64,000 nt of DNA from assembly GCA_003344405.1 (NCBI GenBank), contig NOWV01000214.1, positions 1-64,000 on the forward strand. Direction: 5' to 3'. The stretch is from Trichoplax sp. H2. Its lineage: Eukaryota. The notes under the pieces were generated by a model that saw nothing but the letters and a program-made list of their open reading frames with translations, was not told where the DNA came from and ran no database searches. Made by a program: the position numbers and the translations under genes. The first letter of the stretch is position 1. The number at the start of each line of letters is the position of its first letter. Below, piece after piece: positions 1 to 14,782 of the stretch.

Positions 1-1
1 T

Positions 2-1387
2 GATGCCTTCGATACCACAATCTGCAGTCGATTTCTTCAACTTACTGATTAATACTTCTACTTTTCTGGGATTTAACATTCGATCACGAAACCAAACACA
101 GCCCCAAGAATGAACTTGCTTGCTGGAGATAAATTGAGCATTTTGTAGATTCCAGCTTCCATCACGTGGTAGCATTTCACCAGAACGATAGCTGATTTTG
201 ACCGGTGATAAAACTCGCGCATCGACTTTTTTCATGCGAGGATCGACTTGAATATTGAATCCTTTACTCACTGGATCGGTAGAATACTGTGCTGTACGAT
301 TGACAAATGTATCAATTTTGCCTCTCCGTTGATCGGCCGGAATAGCTGCAAATCTTACCATGCTAGCTGTTTCACGCTCGTTAATTTTCTTCTTGTAGTA
401 TTGTCCAGGTACAATTTCGCACACTTCCATAGGTAAATGAATTTCTTTATTGTTCATTTTTAAACAGGGTAAATCGGGATAGCGGATGGTATAGCCATAA
501 GTCGTTTTAAAATAGTCTGTCACACTGACTCGTTTTCCGTTGTGATCAAATTGAATTTGATTGGGTTTATTGTTGGAGATATCAGTGATTCTATATTTGC
601 GTTTTTTGTCACCATGAAGAGCAGTCACTTTGACATTTTTCAATTCGGATGCCATGGTTTTTCTTTGAAAATCTCGTAGTGATCGTATTTCATCTTGATT
701 GAAATAGCGAGCGATATATTTATGGACGAGTACAGCCTCATAAAATGCAGTATGCGAGGTGTCAATATTTAAGGATAAGCCCGTCTGTGTTGAACGTGCA
801 CTTTGATAATAACCACGCCAACTTTCATGTCCACAGCCTAACGATCGCCAATCGCCTTCAACAGGTTCTGGATAAAAGGATCGATAAACCATGGTGAATT
901 TCTTGGCCAGAGTACAACGTAAAACAACATCGACTGCTTGTATTGCTTGATAGGGGACATCGGTTTCGCCACGTAACGCTCGATTTAAATCGGTTAATTG
1001 GATTAATTGCACTTCTTTAATTTGGATTTTGAAACTTTTAATGGTTCCAGGTCTCATTTCTTTATCAATGGTGAATGTCTTTCTATCGCTGCCAATTCCA
1101 TTTAGTCTTTTACTAGCATAAATATTGCGTACACCATCAAACGCTGTTACAACACCACGAAAAAGCTGTGAATAACTGGATTGTAAAATAGTCATGAAAT
1201 CGCGTAGATCAGATTTAATTTTGACTTCAGGATTAGTTTGCATATCATATTGAACGATGGAATTCTCCGCTTGAAAGGAGATCGCATAATGATTAGCGTA
1301 AACGGTAATGCGTTTTCCTTTCTTACCAAAGTCATTTCGTTGAGGTAATGCTGCTTTGGTTAAGGCTGTTGCCGCCATCTTTTCCAT
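2..1387 (-). CDS. Argonaute-family protein, 5' portion (N, L1, PAZ, L2, start of MID); intronless; continues beyond window start
   Basis: Hand translation gives 462 open codons from ATG 1387: MEKMAATALTKAALPQRNDFGKKGKRITVYANHY...FDGVRNIYA...AIQAVDVVLR...LGCGHESWRGYYQSAR...LILNIDTSHTAFYE...YRITDI...SVTDYFKTTYGYTIRYPDLPCL...LPMEVCEIVPGQ...VDARVL...PRDGSWN. These are the ArgoN/ArgoL1/PAZ/ArgoL2 motifs, colinear with the ORF at 33403-35904. It is missing from the ORF track, probably because its stop lies outside the window. Confidence 0.93.
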   Translation of the reverse strand, partial: MEKMAATALTKAALPQRNDFGKKGKRITVYANHYAISFQAENSIVQYDMQTNPEVKIKSDLRDFMTILQSSYSQLFRGVVTAFDGVRNIYASKRLNGIGSDRKTFTIDKEMRPGTIKSFKIQIKEVQLIQLTDLNRALRGETDVPYQAIQAVDVVLRCTLAKKFTMVYRSFYPEPVEGDWRSLGCGHESWRGYYQSARSTQTGLSLNIDTSHTAFYEAVLVHKYIARYFNQDEIRSLRDFQRKTMASELKNVKVTALHGDKKRKYRITDISNNKPNQIQFDHNGKRVSVTDYFKTTYGYTIRYPDLPCLKMNNKEIHLPMEVCEIVPGQYYKKKINERETASMVRFAAIPADQRRGKIDTFVNRTAQYSTDPVSKGFNIQVDPRMKKVDARVLSPVKISYRSGEMLPRDGSWNLQNAQFISSKQVHSWGCVWFRDRMLNPRKVEVLISKLKKSTADCGIEGI

Positions 1388-1690
1388 TTCAATACAAGCT
1401 ATAATATGATCTAAAGAGAGAGAGAGAGAACAAATTAAGCCACTGGCAATCTCAACAAGACGATGCTGATGGTTAAATCAACTTGATCGATGGTTTATAT
1501 ACCATTGCTTTGATGATGTCATCGGCCGATGATGGAAATGATTTTTGTTTACTGTTGATTAGATGGGAAATAAAGAAGAAAGTCAAAGCTTGTTTAAGGT
1601 GGGCATGAGCGTTCATTGCATACAGTGTTTTGTATGCAGTGTGGAGTCGTAGTATAAACAGTAAGTAGGGTATCGACGTCAATTACTTTC

Positions 1691-1727
1691 GGAACCGGTA
1701 CGGCACGGTATGGGTACGGTACGGTCC
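1691..1727. promoter_or_regulatory. (ACGGT/CCGGT)n pentamer tract upstream of Argonaute 1
   Basis: ggaaccggtacggcacggtatgggtacggtacggtcc. Similar CpG-rich pentamer tracts lie upstream of two other genes (15059-15096, 57842-57877). Confidence 0.4.
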
Positions 1728-2179
1728 TATTCAATCATGCAACACACTACAGTCAAAATTGCTGACATGGCACTTTAGTCACTTGGAGGGGGGTGGGGCA
1801 GGAGTGGGCCAAAGGTAGCACAATCATGGTGGACTGGTAGTGGAAGAACATGCCGGTCGAGAAGTGGTCGTGGAATGGAAATAAATCGTTGCTACAGGAC
1901 TAATCTACAAGTCCAAAGTAATATCCAGTAGACCCTGGTAGCGTGTTTTTAAAATAAGAGTGTTGATCAATCATGCCACACATGCCATGTGGATCTTGAT
2001 GAGAAAAATGCTAGCCATGCAATTTTAAAGGACAATACGTTCTGCTAACTGCCTGGCCATTGGCCAACTCTACATTACATTACTTCCTAATTCTTCTTAT
2101 TATAACAAACGAGTGGAATTAAAACAGCATGTTTTCCATGAAAGGAATGACAAAGTCCCCGACATAACAATATCTTGGC

Positions 2180-3720
2180 AGTACAGTTTTGTTTGCAAAT
2201 GAAAAAGTGGTGACGACGCAGCTTTGGAGACAATACGCTGCGATCATCATGCTAATGATGATTTCTTTGATGAATTCATCATCAGCCCTTAACCTAGGGG
2301 TCAGGACTACCAATGAGTACAAATGTATTTCTAGATTTAGACATGGAGATTGTACTAGAAACTACGCCATGTTGATTGATGGAAAGACCGAGGAGTCCCT
2401 GCTACATCGTTTCAAAACAATACTGCAATCAAGGCACTACAATAGCTAACGTCTTTGTTTAGTCATGTTTACAAATGAAAAACTGCTGCGACGCAATTTT
2501 GCACGGACAAGAATTCATTAATACAGTCAATTCCAGTATTGAGTCATGACTACTGGACTAACCTGAGCTCTCCAACAAACTACCATATATGCAGCTCTCA
2601 ATTTGGACATAGCAAAGTTGATCCATGACCTATCTAAACAAGACTCCTCAAATATTTGTTTACAAGGGAAAAAAGTGGTGACGACGCAACTTTTGGGACA
2701 GGGCGCTGTGATAAATCATAGCTATGCTATGCTGTAACCAGGACTGAGCTCAGCCCTGCAACAAGCTAGCAGAAATGCATTTCAAGATAGGAAAGTTCAA
2801 CTACAAACTCCTTGTTTCTCATCCAAAGACATACTGGATGATCGTATTGTTTTTAAATGAAAAAGTAAAATGGCCATGCAACTTTGCGGATAAATCGCCA
2901 TCTGGACCATGGAGGGAATCGAAAAGGCCGGACTAAAAAAGTTCAGCCCTACCACCTTAACAAGCCTACAGGAATACATTTGGACATGCAGTTGTACCAC
3001 AGACTACTCCTTACTTACTCCTACTTACAAAGGACGACCAGCTGCGCAACTTTACCCTCAATACAGTACTACTGTCATAGCAATGGATTATCATGTCTGC
3101 TAGTGGCCGATTCTTGCTGCTCCAACAAACGAGTAGAAATGCAATTAGAGATAGGGGAGTTAGACTAGCGACTATTCCGTCTTTTTCATGAAATAATGAG
3201 CCATCTCTGGTTGCATCAACACTTCAATGGCTTCAAAATCAATCTTGCCTTATCTGGCAGACAAATCAGGCGATGATGGATTATCCTGCTTGCTACTGGC
3301 CGATTCTTTCTACAGTACTTGCAACAAGTCAGTTGTGAAGTAGAAATGGATTGGAGAAATAACAAGTTATGCCAGAAGCTACTCACTATTCTTCATGAAG
3401 GTATAGAGGAGTCTAGTAGCTCTGACAGCTGTGAAAGTCCGACTGGATCATCGCACCAATATTGTCTACAAATAAAACTTGAAACAGACTGTGCTAGCAG
3501 TCGATTGCTCCTTCAATACTGTCTTCAACCTAGCCAGTAGTGAGGTAGTAACCGGTTGGGGCAATGGACGAGTTGTACCAGAGGCTACTCAATATTCTTC
3601 ATAACATATTAAGGAATCTCTGGTAGCTTCCACAGCTTCAAAACATAATCATACTACTGCGCGCATACTGGATCATCGCACTAGCATTGTTTACAAATGA
3701 AAAAGTAGCGAGTACTTCTC
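2180..3720. repeat. Degenerate repeat block upstream of Argonaute 1
   Basis: The motif tgttt(a/g)caaatgaaaaa...gacgca recurs near 2188, 2467, 2656 and 3687. atggattatc.tg..tgcta.tggccgattctt occurs at ~3083 and ~3276, and ctggatcatcgcac at ~3442 and ~3668. Confidence 0.55.
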
Positions 3721-6153
3721 GCGACGATCCAACTGGTCTATTCAGCAAAATACTGTAATTGAGTAGAATTCATTATTAAGGGTTAACATCCAGTAATCCA
3801 GTAAAAATTGATTCACATAAATACTGTAGGGATTGCTCAACCTTTTAAGATTGTTCTAAGCTAAGACGAGGTAATCCCTGCTAGAGTCAGCTAGGCGTAT
3901 CTATTACCTCAAATATGACTACAAGGGAAATGAAATTTCCAGTTGTTGATCAGCATATCGAAAAAATAGAGTACTTATTCGACAGTCATGTAAATAACGC
4001 ATTGATATTTAGCTTGATACAGATCCATTTAGTCTTTCCTCTGTCATTAGACTAGTGAGCAGTTGGATAACAGTTTCTACTATACAACGATTACATTGAC
4101 GAAATAGCTTTGGGAGATAATCAGATCACTAGTCATTTACAACAGTCTAAGGGCTTAAATATAAATGTATACTTACAATTTTGGAGAGACCGTATACCGT
4201 ATTCGATATTTTTTGTCCTTAAAGTCGTGCAGCTTAACTGTACGGACCTTGAAACTTAATTGTTGTACCTAAATCAATTCAGTCTATCCTTTTGACACTT
4301 TTCTCATGTACAACAGTATAATGAATACATTTCCTATTTTTATTATAAAGCATCCTATAAAGGATAAGGATGAAATGGGGCACTGGGGTCCATTTTAGAA
4401 AGCCAACTGCTAGATACATTCTCCATTTAACGCAGTGCAGGCAATAGTATAAAGATCCTAATCATGGATATAGAACGAAATTAAGCACTGGAGCCCATTT
4501 AGAAAGCGAACTGCTTGATAATGGTAATTCCTATTTAATTAATAATTCTGCCATTCTCTGAATCAATGATCAACTAAAGCCTACACACTATATAACCATG
4601 TTAAGATTTGAATGTTGTGTATTTTCCATTTCTGTTTGACATATGACGCAAAGTCAATTTGGATCAAATCTAAATATGTAAAGTACTCTTCCCTACTAGG
4701 TGGAGTCTGTAGATTGATAAATCAGAAAAGACCATTTATGCCCATTAAGGGTAAAAAAATGAATTACTACAAACTATAGTACAAATTATCTTTGTTTTTT
4801 GTTTTAAAATATTCATTACCCAAAACCAATTTCAACCAGTGATCTGCTGTATACTCAGTTTACAGGAGTATTCTAAATAAAGTAATGGGAAACAAATAAC
4901 GAACGTACTGTGCTCTGAATGAAATGGGGGCCTGTATCCTTTATTAAGTACATTTATGATATTTCGAAAGAGGCTTTAAATCGTGCTTGTCTCTATATGC
5001 TTTCCAATGTGTTTTGTTACCATTCACAAACCTTCCTCCCTTAAAAAAAATTCCTGGCTTTTATACCCTCAACGGCAGATTATACTATAGGGTGTCTGCA
5101 GGATCTACAGTAAGCCTTCCTAACACTTGCAAGTCCGAACCATAGAGGTTCTTCCCTATGGTCCTCATATAGCTATTGTGTGTCATAGGTACTGCACTAA
5201 TCTTAGTACTTTCCAAATATCATCAGTACAAGCAGTGGTATAAGTCTATTTGACAGACTGGATGTACTAGGTAATGATAATTAATTAAAAGGCTACATTA
5301 CGAGTAATTAATAGATACCATGCGTAGACGTTATACAGATTCACTAGATTATAGAGAAAACACTATTTGTAGTAGTAGAAAAATGAGAGCATTACAAGTA
5401 GGCTTGGTGGCGTAGCTAATTGCAAGTATGAGCTTTACTGATGCTAGAAGTAAAACTAATCCTATAGCCAGTATTCGATAGATTCATAGAAAATAATGCT
5501 AATCTTATCCAGCATTCACCAAATATTAGTTAACTCGCTGAGGTTAATTTTTTCCTCTTGAGTCAACATTATACAGTGTTGGTACATTAATTTTTAACAA
5601 TTTCGTTTCCATTTTGATAGTTGTTGAGTAAATGATCTCAACTATGTAATAAAAAAGTTGAAAATTCTTGATATAGCTGCAATAACGCACTCGTACTTAC
5701 ATGTTGAGTCCTAAATTAGTCCTCGTTTGAACAAAACGTTGTAAAATCGATGGTTAAGTTTAAAGCAATACTAATGTATTTCAATGAATTAGCAAACAGG
5801 TCTATCAGTAACGAAGGACTCAGCTTAAGCATGATTTTTTACTTAAGATAGTTTATTCGGTAGAATCCACGGAGTGGCATACTTCTTTACAGTCGAGTTC
5901 ATTGTTTATATATAGCAATATAAATGTACGAGTTGAAACACCATATAATTGGTTACAAATCCTAACGTTATTACAACAAGGACGAATTCACTCGAACACT
6001 TGAATTATAAACACTAAAGTATATATCCATCTGGATAAGAAGTATACGAATTAGATTGATTCATTGTTGAAATAAATACAATATGATAACAGTATAAATC
6101 AAATTAAATCAATTTTATTACATTATATATAATATCATCCATAAATGTTCATA

Positions 6154-9100
6154 TCATCTCTTTTTCTTTAGATTTGGGGCTGATATTTTAACATTATTTG
6201 GAACATATCTAGCCATATCATTGTCCTACACAGAGCGAAAAAGTAAATCGATATTAGTTAGATTACGAATTATTCTTGTCGACGTTAATGAAGAAGCGCA
6301 TGTATAAAATGGAAGAACTTTTCATGTTAAATTATAATCATGCACGATTTTCATGTAGCGAAACCGCAGTCTCTTAATATCAATACTGACAGAGTTAGGA
6401 CGGAAATCACTCTGAACCATTCTAAAAGTCATTGCTACGTATTGTTTAGTATTTTTACTATTTTATAATCTACTCCCGTCACGCGTTCGAATTGTAAATA
6501 GATAATTTAAATTTTATTACAACAATCTACCAAAAGATAATCATCGTAATTCTATTATATAGCTACCTTGACAATCTTAATCAAGTCCTTCTCACGTTGT
6601 ACACTATCTTTAGAGTTAACAAATAAATGAATGGCCGCCTTGATAGCTATAATGAATCGTAAATGTAAACATTAAAAAATTTTTGCAATAAAAATAAATG
6701 AAATTATGAAGCTTTATCCTATCTTAACTTGACGTAAAGTATAAAATTTTAAAAGGTGAATAGATTTACCTTTTCCTTTTCTGGTAGAGCCAGGAATAAT
6801 TTTCGCCTTGAATCTATCCATCAAGTATGATCAAATTTTACTTGCATTAATAACCATTAGATAATAATAATTTACAATTTCACAACAGTTAAAATATAGG
6901 CATATTACAATAAACTAAATTAAAGCTATATTAAACGAGAACTGGTGGAGATATATGATAAGTTATTCGTTGATGGCGATAAAGAAAAATGAGATCTTAT
7001 ATTAAATCAAATTAATTGTAAAAATATTTTTACTATGTCTTACTTATAATTTTGCAACGCGCCATAAGGAGCGCATACTGGTACAGCAAACAAAAGAATA
7101 TCTTCTTGTATCGGACATCCAGTCAAAGTATTAAGATAAGACATTGTCTAAAATTAAAGAGTTACGAAATTAATTAATTTAAACAATTTAACAGTCTATT
7201 TAATCAGCATTACTTTATCTGATTCTTCTGATAAGCGGATGTTTTCTTCTGCTAATAATGCAGCTTTTTCCTCATCGTCTGATAAATCTTCAATCTCCTA
7301 ATCATATAAATTATTCACAAAGTGTATCTTTAACATACAGTCTTCAACGGGCTTACAATAAGCTAAAAGACTTAAGTTTAAATTTTCTTAAACTCAATAC
7401 TGTACATCCGTCATATTAACCTTTTCGTTTTTCTCTTGCGGTATAGTTGCTTCTTCTAAATATGGTATATCATATATCAATAAATATCAATAAATATAAC
7501 TTGCTAGCTGACGAAACTGTAGTTGTACGTAAAGGACTACCAATCAATACAAGACTACGAATTAATTACACAATTTTACACAGGCACTTGTTGTACCAAT
7601 TGAAAAAGGAATCTAGCATAATAAATCTTTGTCTATAGTGATAGATTTATCTAGCAGCAAAAATATACAGTATTTATTACTCTTTACTGATTTAAAAATA
7701 TAGTGATAACATGAAAGCATGCCAGTACACATAATTAATCGATAGATAAAGCAAACAAATAGTCTTACATACTTGATAATTGCGCGGTAGCAGAAGCAGC
7801 AGCAGTCTCATCTATAACTTCTTGATTACCTATCATTCCGTTATCTGTTGACCTCGTTAATTTATTTCCATCATTATTTATCTTGGTTTTATCGCTATGG
7901 AGGATAGAATCTTGAGAAGCATTTAAAAAGGCTACTTTTGGATTAAGCCCCTTTTTATTCCCTTGTAAATTTTTCTTATCCTTTTTATCTTTTTTCTTTT
8001 TATTTTCTGATGGTTTCTTACTCGACTATTGACATAAAAATAAAGATTGACGTTCTCACAAGGGTATATTAAAATTCATGAGCGTCTATACTAGGTTTTC
8101 ATCCTAAAACTATATCACCTTCGAATCATTACATACGAATATAGATTTTAATATGAACACGTTTTTTACCGCTAATATTTCCATTTTTAATGCTCTTTCT
8201 TCTTCATCCTGATCAGCATATTTCTGCTTAATTTTTTTTAACTTTCCCTATTTAAAAGATGAAATGATAGTACATACACCATAAGATACAATTTTCGATT
8301 CTTTGCCACATAAGATGATTCTCCGAATTACCCGTTGTCCTCGCTTCGGAGCATTGGCGATTTGCTGCTGTTTGGAGTTTTTCTGTAATTAGGCAATTAA
8401 TACGTATATCAGATTTGAGGTAAACCATTATTAGAGTGGTTACCACATATTAACAGTTCAGCTATAATGTACTTGTGGATTTGTAGAATTAGTCTCTAAT
8501 TGCTTAGTAGAGTTTTCCTTTGAATTCGTCTCTTCTGTCGAATCTCCAACTGATTCAGATTTTGTTTGTAGGTTTTGACGTCGCAATTGTCTGTACAGAG
8601 AAATTAAGACATCATATAAATAACATTTATATGATATAGATTATCAAAGTTAAAAACGCTCGCTAAACTTTGTAACTGCATCACTTAATTATTTATTTTT
8701 TGTACCTCCTTTCTTTAGCCGATATTCGCGGACGATCTCTATCCTATTAAAATCATATTTAATTTCCTTTAATGATTACGTATTATACTACATGTTAAAG
8801 TGCGCTTAAAGTGTTGCAGTCCAATGTTATTGATTGCAACATAGGCTAACTAACCTTGGAAGTCACATTGGTGTTGGTTAGATCGACCGGTTCATCATCC
8901 CCTAAGAAAATTATATTCTCGTCTTCCTTCATATCTTTTTCGCCCAAGGACAGTTGTTCACTGTGCAATTCATATCTAAGTAACATTACAATACTTTAAT
9001 TTTATCATTTCTTTGCCGAAATTTTTACGCTACTTTGTTAAAAGAACCAACCTGTCACCATCCACATACTGTAGGTTAACATTTGTATCAGGAAACATTT

Positions 9101-12100
9101 CTAAAGTGCTGTCAATGTTTTGTTGTTCATCATTTTGATTGATTGCATGCGGATGGCTCATTTCATTATCGATATTAGAAGTTTCGAAATCTGCTTCATT
9201 TTCTGCTACAATATAGATTGAACATGTTAAATTTCATTTGATTTATTCTACAAATTAGTGTAATACATAATGTTAAAAGTAGCATATTTAGAAAGCTCTA
9301 TAAGTAATATTCTCTGCAGACGATTCTTACAATACATGGTAAAAACTAATCACTGCACCTTGGTCACTATTACTATCGCTTTCACCACTATGTGTAGCTG
9401 ATAAATCAAGTGTTTTCTCAATTTCTTCGGACATATTTTCGATCTATTTATGTTTGGTAAGCAACTTCAAGTTACACTCTTCGTAAAGATTTTCATACGT
9501 AGTAACTACAGGCTACACTACACAAATAATAATCAGAACTTACGCTATCTTCTTCCGTTACATTTGAATCTTCTATCTCTCTTGGTTTTCTATCATTGAC
9601 ATGATTCGCAATACTAACTTCATCCAACTACACAAAAAAGATCAACATACGTATACTCGTAAATCTACTAAGATCTCATATTTGGGCGCATAGCAATGAC
9701 GCCGTACTACATATTAATAAACCTTAAATAGAAAACCAAAGCCCAGAATCAGTTGCGACGGTGGAAGATAATTTTTTTTCCCTAAATGTTGAATTCATTT
9801 AGAATAATTCAGTAGATCTTTACAAACTAACTGCTCAAAATAAAGACTCGAAAATCCATGATTACGGCCCAACCTCTTATCATGAAACTACCAGTTTGTA
9901 GATATTCACCAGTAGGTGCAGTTTTTGAAACCTACAAAATAGAAACATGTTTTATGATTTCGGTGATTATGATCTATTTTACAGAAATAATGGTAAGGGG
10001 TGAAACTAAACGGTACCTGATTATGATGAACCCACCAAGCACTAGTAATTACTTTGGCGTTCCAAGCTGCACTAAAGCAAATTGCCATACAGCCGGCTTC
10101 ATTTAGCGTTACAGGCGGGACAGGTTTTCCTATGTATAAAATCAGATTCATGTTACTTGTTTATCTATTAACCTAATCATCTTGATCGTAGTATCTCACC
10201 TGTTGGATTTTTAATTATGAGGCTTGAAGCGCCATGTAAATCCGCGTGTACATATAAATCCCCTTTAAATCGACCCATAAAGTACATTCATTCCATAATT
10301 ATGTAATAAAAAACATAATTTAATACCAAGAAGACAATTCTTCTTGCTTATTACCAGGTTGTAAATGCCTTTTAACTATTAGTTCATTTTGCTGTTGATC
10401 ACGACCACCGATAATCAGATAATTTTCAGATGAAATAAACCATAAAAATTTTTCAAACCTAGGAATACAGAATAAAAATATTAATTAGAATATTAAAAAA
10501 GGGTTGTACAAAAATTTTGATGCTTTTAGTGATAATTACCAATAAGTTTTTCTAATTTTATTTATACTCGCAACAATAGCAACATCTTTAAGAGCCCTTT
10601 TAGTTTTAGCTTCTGCTGATTTGAGAGCCTGCAAAAAGTATAATTTAATTTCAGAATAGCACGCGCACATCAATGCTATAAGACAGAACAAGTACGCTAT
10701 CCAAAATCTTTGACATGTCAAGGTATGGCTCGTCATATCTTAGAGTCAGTCTGAGTCTAAGTCATAGGCACATCGACTAACATTTAAAAATTTTTTTATG
10801 AAGACCTCATATCCGTGGAAAGAGTATCAGCATTATTATTATTATTAATCATTAACAATAATAATAAATAAGAGTGGTGCATGAGTTTTAATCATAGGTC
10901 CTACAACCATTTTAATCGTAGTTGCATTTGAAATAGAAAGCATAGGCTTGTAGTAGTGAACTAAAATAGAAACATCATTTACCGATTTAGAAGCCATTAT
11001 GGTTTTTTGCTCCTTTTTAGCAGCATACCGACGTTGGTCGAAATAACTGAGTGTTTTTGGGATCAAAATAGCGATAAAGCAAAAAAATTGATGATTCAAT
11101 AATCCATGCCCAAGGAACTATTTTACCATTACTAAATCAAAACACAAAAGCATTACCTTTTTGCATTCGCATAAGCACTTAAATTGAGATCAATATCAAC
11201 TAAAATCGATTCCGACTGCGGTATAAAGAAATACGTACAGAAAATCCTTCGTTAGTTAAATCTGAGAATGTTTTATTGCTAAAATTACCTACTTCTGATA
11301 TAAAGTATTAAAATTACACTGCCTAATGTAAGTACCCTTTCTTCTTCCTCATCTTCATTTTCTTCAGCACTATCTTCCATATAAGGATCTCTAAGTATAT
11401 TAATTGAATATTCACTGTAGTTCTATTCCTTTAATTAATGGATACATTACATAAGTGTGATACTTTAGGAGATTGCCCTTACTGTAGCAGTATCGTTATT
11501 TGATTGGTTTCTAATTTCAAACGCTTAATACAACAAGCAACTGGATCATCCCGTGATTGAGCTTCTTTCAAAATTTCTTTGATTTCTGACCAGTCCATTT
11601 GGTTAGCGACAGCACTGCAAATGACGGTTATGGCCTTATCTACCTATCATCGGTAAATCACACCACAATTTTATAAGCTTAGATATTTCTAAAATTTTAA
11701 TTGCTATCATTTTGCGATTTCATGTTCCTTATAGCAAAATGTAATATATGTCAACATGTACATACCAGTTCCAAATTTAATTCAATTAACTGTGCCTTGT
11801 AAGTATTTTCATCCTGGTCAAATAAGATAAATCTATTAGCGAAAATACGCTCAGCAGTTTAAAGACTTTCATCTAACCTGTGTTCTTTTAAGATTTTCGA
11901 TTCTTTTTGCATGATCTTTCTTTACATTAGTCAATTTCTTCAAAGCGGCATTCTCCTATCATATTTATTATGTTTAGTCATAGTAATATCTTTTTAACCG
12001 CCGAATTTTGCCCATACATTACAAGATTACCTGTTGCAACGCTTTCACGTTTAGTTTTTGAGATTCCAACTGAGAAAAAAAATTGTCTACCGCCTAGTGA

Positions 12101-14782
12101 TGTAAATTATAATTTTCTATAATTGAAAATTTTCTTGGAAATCGAATTGAACAATCGAATCAACTGAACCTTATTGAAGGACGGAAAACTTATATAGGGA
12201 TCATTTTCGTATTGACGGAATAAGAATGGATGAAATTCGACATAGCTACATTGAAAGGAATCTCATTATGATAACCCTAAAGCACTTAGAAGCTAATAAT
12301 CCTATTAGCAATGTCCACTTACGCCAGTAACTCGCTTTTACTATCGCTTGCTTGATCTTTGACGATGTTTGTTTTACTTTGTGTAATGTAACCCTACGAT
12401 AATGTTTGCAAAGTCAGCATACAGTACAAGGAAGTACGAATATACTTTACCGACTTATTTAACAATGAATAAAATATTTTTTGTAACAGACTAAAAGTCA
12501 GTCGCATACTTGGCACGTTTCTGACGTAGATGACATATATTTTTCAGCTTCATTTAAGGCAGCAAGAATTTGCGGTAAATCTAATTTAAATTTCGATATT
12601 AAAAATGAAAAGCATTACCTCAATATTCTAGTAATCATACGACTAAGAGTGGAACATACCTCGATCAATACTAAAATTGCTATCTATTTTAGCGCCTTTC
12701 TTAAATCCAGCACCAATCAAGCAATGTTCTATCAAGGCGGGGCCATAAACTATGTAGCAGGGTAGATGTAGACAATTTTAATTCAACTCACTTAACGACA
12801 TAATTCGTTAAGGAAGTTGTATAATTACTTAAACGCGGATTTAAAACTTTTCTGATTGGATCTCCTTTTTTGGCATTGCTGAGTAGCTCTTTCAATCTAT
12901 AAATTATGTGAGTTTCAAACAGCTCAATTAGAAACGTAGTAGATCCGTTATATCATGTAGCCAAGTCCAAATTTGACAAAGTAAGTGAATAGTAATGTAT
13001 AGACTTACTCATCCGTTGTTAATGAAGGTTGTGGTTGTTTAGCTAAATGGCACGGATATTGTTCACGTACAGCAAATCTAACATCTTGATTTTCTTTATC
13101 AGTACGCGTACGTAATAAAGACAATATGGTGTACTGGTAATCAGTTAAAACAATATTTCCCTAGAAATATTAACATGTCTAAGGTGAGAAAAAAATGCCT
13201 TGGTATAATTTACTGAGTAGATTAGACACTACGCTGCAAGAAGCAGTACTGTATAGATGTTCATAACAAGTAAATTTTTTGCAGCATTATAGTGTAGATA
13301 GTTGATCGACTATGGTTTTAAATTGAACTAGGCACATTAAAGATCGTATCGAAATATTAACTTTACTATACAACCTTTCTTAAACCTATTTTAGCTATAC
13401 ACGTAAGTATGATAGATTTATTTATACATCGTTAAATCTTAAAATTCTATTTTTTTTTACCCGATCATAAAACTCTACAATCAAGTGATATGCAGCTTCA
13501 TTAGAGCCAAATTGAAAATCGACAATACGATCAATACCAAGTTGATTAATTTCTACTAGCCTTCGAGTCCTTAAATGCTTCCGTAGCTATAGAAGAATAG
13601 AAGTATGTTCGAGTGATGTACTGTAGTGCACTAATAATTATGCCTTAATTATTCAAAAATCACCCATTGCAATGAATTGATAGCTAGTTACAGCATTACC
13701 TTCATGGAGAACCCGGAAGGAATGATATGTTTCGGCCATTCGAAGTCAGTTGTATGAAATCGAGTACCCGATTCGATAAGTAATAGGTTCTTATAATCTG
13801 GTCTGAATAGATGATCAAAGTGGTATTTATATCAATTTAGGTTCAAAGTTCAAAAATACAAGCATTGGTATCAGTTATTTCGGGCGTGTTTTAGTCCATT
13901 ATTACAGGCTGTAACAATTTATCATCATCGATAGCTCGCCTCAAGAAATCCAAATAGGTTCGTTCGACTGGCTAAGCCCTCTAAATCTATAAAGTACTGT
14001 CAGATGGTGTACTACGAGCTGAACACTACCCTAGCAAAGTAGATTGACAGCACTACAGTAACTGTGCTGAATAACTATTACTAAGTACACAGTATCTGTA
14101 GATCATTCACAAAAGATGGCAAGCCTATTGATGAATCTATTTCAGCTATAGAGCTTTTAAATCCTTCATTTTACTGTCATATGGTGATATTACGAGCAGA
14201 ACATAACCGTAGCATGGTAGATTGATTGTACAACTGTGCTGAAAACGTTCTACGACATACAAAGAATCTGCAGATCATGATCAAATAATGGCAAGCATAT
14301 TAATGAATCTATTTCAACTCTAACGTTATCCATAGATGATTTTCTATCTATTCTATCAAAAGCCATCAACTTACTTGGCTAGCTTGATTAAGTAACTCTT
14401 GGAATCGATATCGTATACATTAACCACCCGTAAACCTAAAAGTCTAGAACAAGTTTGCAAGGAAAAAAAAGTAAACTCATCAATCATCCTAAAATACAAT
14501 CGTTCTATTACCGCATTATTGCTACCGTACAAGTCTTCCTTGTCTCTATTACTATCAAAATGAGTCAAAATTTCAAATAGACTATTGCAATTAACTGCAT
14601 GGATGATATACTGCTATCCTCTTGTCGACTCGTCAACTGTAGTCTACTTTGCCATCGAGTAGGCCTTGTGTTAGCCTTATACAGTAAGCGTACAACCATT
14701 TTTCTTGCTTGAAAAATACATACTGTTGCTTGATTTCGGTAATGACTGCACAAATATCGATGGTCGTAAACTTTCCCTTCAT
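6154..14782 (-). CDS. NEMF: Nuclear export mediator factor NEMF / Rqc2 / Caliban (ribosome quality control), multi-exon
   Basis: Exon 1 (14724-14782) [19 protein letters not shown] and exon 2 [23 protein letters not shown] are followed by [49 protein letters not shown] and [36 protein letters not shown]. The C-terminus reads [23 protein letters not shown]...[33 protein letters not shown] (TGA 6154-6156). All match the NEMF family. Not every internal exon boundary was verified. Confidence 0.95.

Noticed and set aside
248..436. 62-aa plus-strand ORF
   Set aside because: Antisense shadow of the Argonaute CDS.
14040..14325. Degenerate ~180-bp duplication in a NEMF intron (similar small pairs at 4370-4530 and 58725-58930)
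   Set aside because: Ordinary decayed local duplications with no coding or structural signal.
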